44,673 bases of DNA from Myxococcota bacterium. Lineage in GTDB: Bacteria > Myxococcota > XYA12-FULL-58-9 > JABJBS01. Location of the stretch: contig JAYZAY010000012.1 in assembly GCA_036339465.1 (NCBI GenBank), forward strand, positions 1 to 44,673, read 5' to 3'. A program made the position numbers and the translations under genes. Positions 9,524-19,567 of this stretch are shown one piece after another. Position 1 is the stretch's first letter; every line of letters starts with the position of its first letter. The notes below the pieces were generated by a model. That model had not been told where the DNA came from. It searched no databases and saw nothing but the letters and a program-made list of their open reading frames with translations.

Positions 9524-10222
9524 CTAACAACATCCTGCCGCAGATTCCGGTTCATCCGTTGAACAGGAGATGAAGTTATAAACAAACGCCGCCGTAACCG
9601 CGCCAATGCAAGGTGCCAAGAGATAAAGCCACAATCCTTCCCAGTTTCCAGAAACCAAAGCAGGCCCTAGGGACCGCGCCGGATTCATCGATGCACCTGA
9701 AATCGGCCCACCAAAAAGCGCTGCCGCGGCCACCGTGCTTCCAATCGCCAATCCCGCCGCAGATCCCTCCACTCTATGATCTGTGGCTACCGCGGTAATA
9801 ACAAACATCAGAAAAAATGTAAGACCGATCTCAAGCCCCAAAACGGTCTGTACTTCTCTATGGGGTAGCGTTGCACCCAAATCACCGATATTCCCAAATA
9901 GACTCTCCAGACAAATGGCTGCAGTAACAGCCCCAATAATCTGCCCAGTCCAATAAAATAGGACCTCTCCTTTCGGAAAAGAACGATTAAGTGCAAATGC
10001 TAGAGTCACCGCCGGATTAAAATGGGCTCCGGAAATATGACCAGTTGCATATATCATCACCATAACCGTCAGCCCAAAGGAAAAACTGATACCTAAATGC
10101 CCCAAACTTCCCGGATGCAACGTATCCACAATAATGCTGCCACATCCCACAAAAACGAGCATATAAGTGCCAATAAACTCAGCGAGCACCTTTTTTAACA
10201 GTCGCAACTTCTTCCCGTTCAT
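9524..10222 (-). CDS. MIP family channel (NIP/AqpN-like aquaporin) with a C-terminal Cys-Cys tail
   Basis: Two NPA boxes (GHISGAHFNPAVT and GASMNPARSLGPA) and AEFIGT. GGAGG RBS before ATG 10222. The protein ends ...SAAGCC. Confidence 0.95.
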   Translation of the reverse strand: MNGKKLRLLKKVLAEFIGTYMLVFVGCGSIIVDTLHPGSLGHLGISFSFGLTVMVMIYATGHISGAHFNPAVTLAFALNRSFPKGEVLFYWTGQIIGAVTAAICLESLFGNIGDLGATLPHREVQTVLGLEIGLTFFLMFVITAVATDHRVEGSAAGLAIGSTVAAAALFGGPISGASMNPARSLGPALVSGNWEGLWLYLLAPCIGAVTAAFVYNFISCSTDEPESAAGCC

Positions 10223-10507
10223 GGCTCGTACCTCCATTGATTACAATCGTTGGCTTGTTGGCGTCTTACACTTAAGAGAGTTGAGCTGTAAATCGATAAA
10301 GAAAAATTCATCAACGTCCCTTTAATCCTGGCCTAAGGAGCCATAGGAGTGGTGCAAACAAGACCTATCGCGACGTTCCCCACCTTTCCCTACATTGTCC
10401 AACGAAAAGCGACTCGATTCTTTTGCGTTCTCTTCCAATAACGGTTGGGTCGACCCCAATTCATGCCCTATGATTTGCTAGTAAGCGGAATCTTTCGAGG
10501 AGTCTCG

Positions 10508-11260
10508 ATGGTCGAATCAAGTCATGAGTACACAGCGCGCTATCAGGCTGAAATTCGCCAGCTTGAAAACACCATTCGGAAACTTAGACGCCTCCTGGAG
10601 CTCTCGGAGTATGAAAAAGAAGATGCCATCCACGATGCAATAGAATCCCTAACTGCCGAAAACTGCAATTTAAAACAAACCGTAACCTTCCTTAGGACGT
10701 CATTGTCTCAACAAGAAACGCATTTGCGAAACGAAACATCTATCATCGAAAACCAATCTCATACCGAACAAGAACAATTAAAGAAAAACATCACTGCCTT
10801 GAGACAAAACCTAGAAAGCCGCGAAGCGAAACACGAAGAAGAACTTTCAAGACACAAGGCCCTCGGCCGTCGCGAAATTGAGAACCGCGAAACAATCATC
10901 ATCAAACTCCGAGAAGAGCTAGACAAACAAAACACCACATTCGAATTCCAAATGAATGCTCGCGAATCGTCGTTTCATGCTGAAATACGTCTACTACAAG
11001 ATACCATCCAAAACCAGCGAACAAACCTCGATTCGCGCGAGCAAGAGAGTTCGCTTGAGAAACACACACTTGAGCACCATGCCCAACTTCGTGAGAATGA
11101 CCTTCGCGAAGCCATAACCAGACTAAGAAACAGTCTCGATGAAACCCAGCATTCACTCGACCTTCAAATCGATGAAATTACTCGCGCTCATCGAACCGAA
11201 AAAGAATCCTTCATTGAGTGCATTCGAGAACTCAGGAAACAGCTGGAGAAACAAATATGA
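10508..11260 (+). CDS. Coiled-coil protein made of seven 36-residue repeats
   Basis: GAGGAG RBS before ATG 10508. E/L/R/Q-rich helical sequence. The stop overlaps the next gene's start (ATGA at 11257-11260). Confidence 0.85.
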   Translation: MVESSHEYTARYQAEIRQLENTIRKLRRLLELSEYEKEDAIHDAIESLTAENCNLKQTVTFLRTSLSQQETHLRNETSIIENQSHTEQEQLKKNITALRQNLESREAKHEEELSRHKALGRREIENRETIIIKLREELDKQNTTFEFQMNARESSFHAEIRLLQDTIQNQRTNLDSREQESSLEKHTLEHHAQLRENDLREAITRLRNSLDETQHSLDLQIDEITRAHRTEKESFIECIRELRKQLEKQI

Positions 11261-13581
11261 CATCTGCTATAACCACAGCGGACAGTATTCCCGCTTCCCA
11301 GAAATCCACGACAGAAGAACAATCTGACAGGGTGGTGGAACTCGAAACAAAGCTTCGTCAATGCAATAGACTCCTCGAAATCTCGGAGAGTATTATGCTC
11401 AGTACGTCATCGGAGGACTCCTTGGGAATTCTCATGGAGGCCATGGTCCAAGAGACACTTGCGGAACGGGGAACCCTCTACCTAAATGACGCCAACTCTG
11501 CTGAACTCTACTCCAAAATCCTCATAGGAAACACTACTCGGGAAATTCGCATCATGAACACGTCCGGCATTGCCGGCTATGTTTTTCAAACAGGTAAAAC
11601 AGTTACAATCCCAAACGTCTACGAAGACGACCGGTTTGACAAAACCATCGACGAAAAAACAGGGTATAAAACACGGGGCATGATCACAACCCGAATAGAG
11701 ACAAAGGACGGCAATTTACTTGGTATTGCGCAGGTCTTGAATAAGAAAGGCGGTGACTTTACTGAAGACGACGAAGATATAATGTGTGCGATTGTCTCAC
11801 AAGCAGCACTTGCGATTCGTAAAAAACAAATCATTGAGCAGATGCAGGAAAAACAAAAGGAGGAAATGCAATTTCTCGATGTGGTATCCGATATTACGTC
11901 AGAGATTCATCTAACCACCTTACTGCAAAAAGTCATGAGTGAAGCCACCCGAATGCTGCACGCGGATCGAGGCACCCTTTTTCTAAATGACGAAAAGACA
12001 AACGAACTCTATACAGAAGTTGGCCAGGGACTCGACATTAAACAAATTCGATTCCCCAATCATGTGGGTATTGCTGGTGCCGTATTCCAAACAGCCCACA
12101 CCATCAATATACCCTATGCCTATGCAGATCTTCGGTTTAATCCGATATTCGACCAACAAACAGGATATTTCACACGCTCCATTCTCTGCGTTCCTGTGGC
12201 CAATAAGCAAGGAAAGGTTATCGGCGTAACCCAAATTCTGAATAGAACCGGTGGCTCCTTCAACGCCGAAGACGAAAGTCGTTTACGGGCATTTACTGCC
12301 CAAATTGCGATTGCTCTAGAAAACGCGAAGCTCTTTAATGATATCCAAAATATCCAAAACTATACCAACAGCATGCTACAGAGTATGTCTAACGGGGTTT
12401 TAACATGTGACGAAAACGGAACAATTGTTACCTGTAATCGGGCCGGGGCATCCATTTTCAGTATTCGCAGAGATGACTTACTTGGAAAACCCATAGAATT
12501 TCTTCTTTCGGAAGGGAATAGCTGGCTGGTCGATCGGATTCGACGCGTTCATCAAACAGGAGAAACCGATGAGCTCCACGACGCCGAAATCCCTATTCGA
12601 AAGGCAACGATATCACTTAATATCACAATCATGCCGTTGGTTGGTTCCAAGAGAGAAAAGCTGGGAACCTTGGTCATGTTGGAAGATATCTCAAATGAAA
12701 AGCGGGTTATGTCCACCATGTCTCGGTATATGGACCCAGGCCTAGCAGAACAGCTACTCTCATCCGACGAAGACATGCTAGGAGGAAAGAGTACCAATGC
12801 AACGGTTCTCTTTTCAGACATACGAAGTTTCACCACTATCACAGAAAAACTAGGTGCCCAAGGAACAGTTAAAATGCTCAATGAGTATTTTACAATTATG
12901 GTCGATTGTATTCAGCGAGAAGGCGGAATGCTCGACAAATTCATTGGTGACGCAATTATGGCGGGGTTTGGTATTCCAATTGCACATGATGACAACGAAG
13001 ACAAAGCAGTCCGAGCAGCGATTTCAATGCTTCGAGAGCTTGACGAGTGGAACGTTAAACGCCAGAAAAGAGGAGACCTACCCATAGATATGGGAATAGG
13101 ACTGAATTCGGACACCGTCGTGAGTGGTAATATCGGCTCCCCAAAAAGGATGGACTTTACCATGATAGGAGATGGAGTAAATCTAGCTGCCCGATTAGAG
13201 AGTGCCTGTAAATCCTATTCCGCGAGACTGCTCATTAGTGAATACACACATGCTCGCCTCAAAGGGACTTATCGCTCCAGGGAAATTGATCGTGTTATCG
13301 TTAAAGGAAAATCTCAACCTGTTGTTGTCTATGAGGTTCTAGAACACCACACTGAGAGTAGTTTCCCTAACATGATGGAAGCCATCAGCTTTTTTAGAAG
13401 CGGTATGTCGTATTACAAGGAACAATCTTGGGAACAGGCCATCAATTCCTTCAACAAAGCCCTGAACCTGAACCCTAAGGACGCGCTCTGCCAAACCTAT
13501 ATTGACCGCTGTAACCACCAGGGAGCCAATCCCCCGGGGAAAGATTGGAACGGCGTTTGGGTTATGACAAGCAAAAGCTAA
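11257..13581 (+). CDS. Class III adenylate cyclase with GAF-GAF-PAS-cyclase-TPR architecture (CyaB1-like)
   Basis: Two GAF domains with NKFDE-type motifs (LNKKGGDFTEDDE and LNRTGGSFNAEDE) and a PAS region. Cyclase motifs LFSDIRSFT, DKFIGDAIM and DFTMIGDGVNLAARLE. TPR-like tail ending WNGVWVMTSK. Confidence 0.95.
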   Translation: MTSAITTADSIPASQKSTTEEQSDRVVELETKLRQCNRLLEISESIMLSTSSEDSLGILMEAMVQETLAERGTLYLNDANSAELYSKILIGNTTREIRIMNTSGIAGYVFQTGKTVTIPNVYEDDRFDKTIDEKTGYKTRGMITTRIETKDGNLLGIAQVLNKKGGDFTEDDEDIMCAIVSQAALAIRKKQIIEQMQEKQKEEMQFLDVVSDITSEIHLTTLLQKVMSEATRMLHADRGTLFLNDEKTNELYTEVGQGLDIKQIRFPNHVGIAGAVFQTAHTINIPYAYADLRFNPIFDQQTGYFTRSILCVPVANKQGKVIGVTQILNRTGGSFNAEDESRLRAFTAQIAIALENAKLFNDIQNIQNYTNSMLQSMSNGVLTCDENGTIVTCNRAGASIFSIRRDDLLGKPIEFLLSEGNSWLVDRIRRVHQTGETDELHDAEIPIRKATISLNITIMPLVGSKREKLGTLVMLEDISNEKRVMSTMSRYMDPGLAEQLLSSDEDMLGGKSTNATVLFSDIRSFTTITEKLGAQGTVKMLNEYFTIMVDCIQREGGMLDKFIGDAIMAGFGIPIAHDDNEDKAVRAAISMLRELDEWNVKRQKRGDLPIDMGIGLNSDTVVSGNIGSPKRMDFTMIGDGVNLAARLESACKSYSARLLISEYTHARLKGTYRSREIDRVIVKGKSQPVVVYEVLEHHTESSFPNMMEAISFFRSGMSYYKEQSWEQAINSFNKALNLNPKDALCQTYIDRCNHQGANPPGKDWNGVWVMTSKS

Positions 13582-14103
13582 ACAGATCTGTTACTGGCTA
13601 TTTTCCATCAATCATTTCATGTAAATGAGCCAGAATAACTCTCTTGGGTCACCCACCTAAAATACACAATCCTTGCTGTTCTTTAGTTGCGGGGAACTCC
13701 GCCAAAATATGAGGGGGGGGGAAGATAAATAACATTGGAAGTAGAATTACCATCACCAATAATAATTTGTTTCGGACTCATCGCCGCTGGATCGGCCAAA
13801 ACGGGAACCGATTTCAAAAGGCCTAATGGAGTGACTCCACCGCTCTATTGTGTCGTTGATTTCATTGAGCATTTAATAGGGTGCGGATGGTCAATTTTTC
13901 ATTAAAAAAAAACACTCAAATCACCCTATCCGCCCAACACCAACGCAGCAGAGCTGGGTATTAACATGAGACAGTTACGTGTTTTTAAGTGCACACTGTC
14001 GCAGATTTCAAGAAACATTTATCCACTCTAACCGAAATGATTCGAAACAAAATCTTCAGTGGGTGGTTTAATTCTATACACCCCCCTACACTTGGAGCTT
14101 TTA

Positions 14104-14523
14104 ATGAAAACCATAAAACATTTATCCATCGCATGTTTCGCACTATCCATCCTCTTGGGTGCCACGCCATCCTTTGCAGCATCGGCAGACCAAGTAAGGC
14201 TAGAAAAATCGGAAAGAACCACAGACGGTAAGAGGGCCGGCGGAGGAGCGAAGGCAGAAAAGTCACCAGACCAAGCTCAGGAAGGTAAATCCAAAAGAAC
14301 CAAAGACGGTGCCAAATCTGGTGAACGAACCAAACCAGGAAGAGAGAAATTAAGCTTGGCACAAAAAAAGAGTCAAAAGATCCAGAAGCGCTCAAAAGCG
14401 GTGGGGAAATTCTCCGGTAAAACGCGAACGCGAACGCGAACGCGAACGCGAAAATCCCAAGCTAATTCTAGCTCGAATCTTTCCGTGAAAAAAAGAAAAA
14501 CAAAGAACCGAAGCAATAAATAA
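14104..14523 (+). CDS. Secreted, highly basic low-complexity protein
   Basis: GGAG RBS and a clear signal peptide, MKTIKHLSIACFALSILLGATPSFA. The mature part is rich in Lys, Arg and Ser. Confidence 0.7.
   Translation: MKTIKHLSIACFALSILLGATPSFAASADQVRLEKSERTTDGKRAGGGAKAEKSPDQAQEGKSKRTKDGAKSGERTKPGREKLSLAQKKSQKIQKRSKAVGKFSGKTRTRTRTRTRKSQANSSSNLSVKKRKTKNRSNK
14422..14451 (+). repeat. (ACGCGA)5 hexanucleotide repeat encoding (TR)5
   Basis: Read directly from the sequence. Confidence 0.9.
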
Positions 14524-15204
14524 TACCAATAGGCGCAAGGATTCCGTTTTATAGAATGCTTCACTCTTTCTAAAACCCGGAAGGTTGTAGAGCGGTCAAA
14601 CCTGAAACGCGTCCTTAAAAATATCGCCCCACTCTAGCATCATAAAATTTCTCTGGTGCCCCTTTTTGTTAGCGCAAGTTCCTCTCTGCCATCTCAAATC
14701 AGGACCCAAGTTTGGTTCAACCGTGGCTAGCACCATAGAACCAAATCAATAACTTTGAGGTATGAAAAAGACCTTGTCGGAAGTCTTCAAATCAACTGTT
14801 TCTTCTAGGAATGGTGAACAATCATTCGAACCCAAACGAGATAATCCGCTTCAAAAGCAATGCAAGTTCAACGATGACAAAAAGCAGTCTCAGCAAGAAA
14901 AACAGACCCGAACTCGGTGCCCATAAGCTCAATAGGACAAGCTTCGCATTATGCGAGTGAGTGTTGGACCGTCTATCTTTGCATTTCAAGAATACGGATG
15001 AAGATAGAGACGATAGAGAGGGCACTCTTTGCTCAACCCTATCCTCCCCAGTCGATAGCCCCTTCACAGTTTAAAGAAAATATTGGAGAGCAACCTAAGG
15101 TTTTGGGTTATCCGCTCATACTCAGAGAAAGGTTGATTGATTGCTAAAGAGACGATGTCCCCCTCGGTGGTTGCTTTGCTCCGACCCTCTTCTCTGCTAT
15201 TGAA

Positions 15205-16422
15205 ATGAGAAAAACAGGCAACATGTGTCGAAGAAACATGATAGAACAAGAAGTCGGTACCAGAGATGAAGAACTAAGGATCCTCAGTTTCAATATTTGG
15301 GGGTTACCGGTGGTTGCGCCAAATCGCCGGAAACGATACGCCAAATTGCTAAAATTGGTGGAAGAACTAGAACTTGATGTCGTTCTTCTTCAAGAGGTAT
15401 GGCTCCAAACCGACCAAAGCGCTCTAATACGCCAATTTCAAAGGATTGGATTCCCCTACACTTCGGTAATAGGACAGGGTGGGACTTTCCAGTCAGGGCT
15501 CTTTGCCGCCTCAAAATATCCCCAAAAAAACCATTTCTTTACACCATTTTCAGATAAAAAGATTGCGAAACACCCCTACCATATAGACTGGATTGCTCGA
15601 AAAGGGTTCGGTGGATTCACCACGGAAATTCACGGTGAGCCCCTTCTTATCTTGAATACGCATCTCCAAGCGGGTTACGGCACCACAGACTACGAAATTA
15701 CCCAAGCACAACAGATTTTAGACATCACCACGTGGCTTGATTCTGAAGTGCCAAAAATCGCCCGGTACTTTGCAAATAGGGATCCCGCAGTTATCATGGC
15801 CGGAGATCTCAATACCACGTGGCCATCCACACCCTTTCAGCTCCTACAGGAAGAAGCGAATTTCTCTGGCGTCCTTCACCCCCAACGCATTGATGCCATG
15901 CTTTTTCGCTCGGGAACCCACCTTCAAATCAGGGTGACCCAAGCTGAATATCTCTTGGAGAATTCACTTTGGCCCACCAACAGAGGCGCCATTTCCGATC
16001 ATCCTGCGATATTTACGAGATTTGGCTTAACAAATAGGATTGAAGAATCATGCGCGGTTAAAACCAAGAGACCGATGGATTTTGCTCGAACCAAACATTT
16101 CCAACAAACCTGTAAAGCCCGCATGGCAGAGCGAACACGGAGGGCGAAAAAATACAGCTTTGCTGGCTTAATTCTTCTACTGGTGTTCCCCTTCGGCCCA
16201 CATATCCTTGGCTATGACGGCCTCGGTCTCTTCAGTGGTTGCGCCATCATTGGACTCCTCCTACTCTGGTGCTCCTGGTGGTGGTATCAAGCCGGTCCGG
16301 TGAGCAATGCCGAGCAGCAAATCATGAGCCGGTTGGATGCCTATTTCGCCAAAAAGTCGGGCGAAAATAGCCCCAGAGACGAAAAATCCCCCGCCATAGA
16401 ACTTTCCGACCACGAAAAATGA
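15205..16422 (+). CDS. Endonuclease/exonuclease/phosphatase-fold enzyme, neutral sphingomyelinase/Isc1-like, with two C-terminal TM helices
   Basis: Motifs LSFNIWG, LLQEVW, SGLFAASKYP, DWIARKG, NTHLQA, AGDLN, RIDAM and SDH. Two hydrophobic segments near the C-terminus. The start could also be 15223 or 15238. Confidence 0.85.
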   Translation: MRKTGNMCRRNMIEQEVGTRDEELRILSFNIWGLPVVAPNRRKRYAKLLKLVEELELDVVLLQEVWLQTDQSALIRQFQRIGFPYTSVIGQGGTFQSGLFAASKYPQKNHFFTPFSDKKIAKHPYHIDWIARKGFGGFTTEIHGEPLLILNTHLQAGYGTTDYEITQAQQILDITTWLDSEVPKIARYFANRDPAVIMAGDLNTTWPSTPFQLLQEEANFSGVLHPQRIDAMLFRSGTHLQIRVTQAEYLLENSLWPTNRGAISDHPAIFTRFGLTNRIEESCAVKTKRPMDFARTKHFQQTCKARMAERTRRAKKYSFAGLILLLVFPFGPHILGYDGLGLFSGCAIIGLLLLWCSWWWYQAGPVSNAEQQIMSRLDAYFAKKSGENSPRDEKSPAIELSDHEK

Positions 16423-16655
16423 GCCAACCCCTAAAGGACTCGGTGTAAAGCAGCTCTGCCCTCTCTCCTCCACTCGCCGAACGTTCCTATGGGAATTCCC
16501 CCCCCCACCCAACACACCGGTGGCCGGTTAAATCCAAACGAATGCTAATAGTGGTGATACCAAAATATTTAAATCGTCACTTGATGGGTTGATGGTCAAA
16601 CGATATGCAGCTTGCTTTATTTCTGGAAAATATTCACTTCATACGAGGTACATAG

Positions 16656-17336
16656 ATGCGGCATTTGCAACTGATTCTCGTGTTCCTAATTTCTCTCATC
16701 GGTCAAAACCACGCCTTTGCCGAAAAGTCTGCAGCGGATTGGGAAATCATCACAGAAGACGATGGTATCATTGTGAGCCAAAAAGAAGTCCCTGGTCGCT
16801 CGCTTCCGATCTTTAAAGGACAAGCAACCTTTGATTCCGGCGTTTTCGATATTCTCGGAGTACTACAGGATGTGGGGACAGGCCCCCAATGGATGCACGC
16901 CTGTAAAGAAGCCCAGCTCCTAGAGAAGATCAGTGATTTTGAATTTATCATCTACAACCGAACAGATGCACCCTGGCCAATCAGCGATAGGGATGTGGTC
17001 GTTCATAGCAAGGCCACCTACAATAAAGAAGAAGGATGGCTGAAGATCAATATGCTTTCCCTAGACCGCAAAGACAAACCGGAAGTTGATGGGGTAGTGC
17101 GTATGCCTCGGCTCAATGGAGAATACATATTCACTCAATCCCTCAATGAAAAGGTCCTCGTCACCTATGAAGTAGATGCTGACCCTGGTGGTTTACTCCC
17201 AGGATGGATCGCTCGAATGGCAAGCCGCGACATCCCTCTGCACACCTTGGTGAATCTTCGAAAGCGCGTCGCCAAAATGAGTAAGTTAGGAACCTATAAA
17301 GACTATATCGCCCATATAAAAAAAATAACCCAATAG
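16656..17336 (+). CDS. Secreted START-domain lipid-binding protein
   Basis: Signal peptide, W....DDGI.V, PWPISDRDVV and VTYEVDADPGGLLPGW. Confidence 0.9.
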   Translation: MRHLQLILVFLISLIGQNHAFAEKSAADWEIITEDDGIIVSQKEVPGRSLPIFKGQATFDSGVFDILGVLQDVGTGPQWMHACKEAQLLEKISDFEFIIYNRTDAPWPISDRDVVVHSKATYNKEEGWLKINMLSLDRKDKPEVDGVVRMPRLNGEYIFTQSLNEKVLVTYEVDADPGGLLPGWIARMASRDIPLHTLVNLRKRVAKMSKLGTYKDYIAHIKKITQ

Positions 17337-17430
17337 AATTTTCTGACTATAAATCATATCCAGATCGAAAACAGAATCTCCTCAAATCCCCCTGACTCTA
17401 GGTCCAATTACCCTTTCGTTCTAAAAGACA

Positions 17431-18130
17431 ATGGCGAGATATTACAAGCACCTTGGGAACACGGCAAATCGTTCGTAATACCTTCTCAAAATACCGCAGA
17501 TATTTCGATGCCAAAATCCATCCTAACATAAAAGGGTATCTCGCTTTCAGCATCGATGAGACTTATTGTCGTTAAGATATCTCTCCATGGAAACACAGCG
17601 TAGATATCTGTGAGCTACTCAGTGACCAAAAAGCACCAGCGGCCTTCTTCTTAATCTACGGATACGGATACTCAAAAAATATCACAGCCTAAGAACTCAA
17701 AGAGATTGTGAAATACACGAATGAATCACCAAATCACGATTCAGAACACCCGCCCTATCACGAAGAGAGCGACGTCAAATTAAATCAAGCGCTCTACCGC
17801 GCCAATCACGCGATACGCGAATTTCCAGCCAACCGCATTCCACGGTTTCGAGCACTCCCGGAAAAATCACGCCGCGAATGTACAGAACAGATGAGGACCA
17901 AAACTTGGCCAATGTAGTGCCTCATTACTACACGACCGATACGGCCCCCCCTGAACGAAAACTTTATCACCCCTTTCATTTTGCGTCCTGTAACATATGG
18001 ACCAATTATTTTGATTCCCATATCCAAACGCGGTTTCCGTCAATGGGGGCAAAGAGGTCTGTGCTTAAGACCCGAGGCCCTGAAAACAAAAATTTCTAAA
18101 TATCCCAAGCGAATAATCATGCCGTATTGA
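17431..18130 (+). pseudogene. Decayed polysaccharide deacetylase (NodB/CE4 family)
   Basis: From 17531 one frame reads KGYLAFSIDE..R*...LLSDQKAPAAFFLI...*ELKEIVKYTNESPNHD...RFRA, matching degenerate TIDD, ATFF, GHE.GNH and FRP motifs. TAA stops at 17573 and 17690. After frameshifts the reading continues ...FITPFILRPVTYGPIILIP. Confidence 0.7.
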
Positions 18131-18499
18131 AGTCTCAACTAACCGAGAAAGTCACTCTAGTAGAGAAACTTCTCCCTGACCTACCCGCATAATTGGAAAA
18201 CTTATGAATGAGGCACTTATAAAAAACCCGAAGAAGCGAATTTAAAGTTGGCGCAGGATTTTGCGCTTGGTCGGCACAGACTCCTCATCCTCTGTTAGGC
18301 AAGGTGTGAAGAATTTATTTAACACATTGCTCTTTCGCTCTGTTGCCTCAGACAAGCCTACTACTTACACAGCACAAGCTTCTCAACTCTACTGAAATTA
18401 ATCCGCTCGGAGTTCAATCCCATTTCAAACGCCAGACGAGGCATCTTATTTCATATAAAATCTTGTCCTCTTTAAACTTACAGAGTCGGATACGATTTT

Positions 18500-19474
18500 A
18501 TGGCGCCTAGAAAAGCACTCTGACAGCCTACGGTATTGTGGAAGCAGGTGAGTCACGTGACACGGGTTCCATCGCCGAATCAAAGTGCAACTATGGCGAA
18601 GGTCATAGCGAAGGATGCACGTCGAAATGTCAACTGGTCCCCGTGGTCGGTTCATTTTGTGGACACATCATCGTCGATAGATTTCACCGTGAAAAATGTG
18701 ATGACGCAAACGCAGACGACCATGACCATTGCCTTTCCAATTGCTTAAAGTAACAATGCGGTGATCGCATTATTAATCTAGGACTAGAATATTATGACGA
18801 TGGATTTCAAGTAAACGGTCAATTCGGTTACGGTCTCGTAAGCTGCGTAATATGCACTTCATCGTGTGCTCTAAAAGACCGACACTTCTTCTACTATGGA
18901 GACGAACAGATCAATGCAGACGAAGAATGTGATGATGGCAATTCAGATGAATTTGATGGTTGCACCTCCACCTGGATCCATGACTTGATGGTCAATGGTT
19001 CGTTCGAAGATCCCACCTTAAGTCGGGACCACTGGACGGTTCGAAAAACAATTGCCGGTTGGAATACCAAATATGGTCCTGGGTTCGAAATTCAACATAT
19101 AGCAGCCGGGGAGCCCTTTCATAAAAATCAGCTCGAAGAATTAGACAGCCATCGAAACTCCGGTATTTATCAAGATCTCGTTACTGTCCGCTGGTCAAAC
19201 CCACAGCTTCACCTTCCATGTCTCAGCACGACCCAAAACCCATCTAAGTCACAATAAGATGACCCTTTACTGGGCCGAAGAACTTGTGGACACAGTGGAA
19301 GTTCAAGACTCCTCGTGAACGACTTGGAAACAAGACACCGACGAAATGACCGCGACGGAAACCAGTACCCGCATCAAATTCCACGATGTAGGATATTCAA
19401 ACAGCCTAGGAAACCATATCGACACCATAAGCGTCATACCTTTGAGGCCCCCAGAAAGCGACCACCAAGATTAA
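18500..19474 (+). pseudogene. Decayed Myxococcus Cys-rich repeat protein with a C-terminal DUF642-like beta-sandwich domain
   Basis: CG..CDD repeats with eroded cysteines (YYDDG, YGDE). TAA at 18751, then MVNGSFEDP...ELDSHRNSGIYQDL. A frameshift near 19190 and TGA at 19316. Ends F.DVGYSNSLGNHID, TAA 19472-19474. Confidence 0.75.
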
Positions 19475-19567
19475 CACCCATCAAGTAACAAACAAAAAGC
19501 GACGCGCGATATATAGATATTAACTCAAAGCCCATGCTATGTACTCCGAAAGGAGTATCTTGTCCCC

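Noticed and set aside
13713..13721. G9 tract (and the C9 tract at 16498-16506) as phase-variation switches
   Set aside because: Both tracts are intergenic and I cannot place them within a promoter. There is no evidence of length variation from a single sequence.
18249..18266. Sigma-54 promoter-like TGGCGC...TTGC
   Set aside because: The GG-to-GC spacing is one base longer than the strict -24/-12 requirement.
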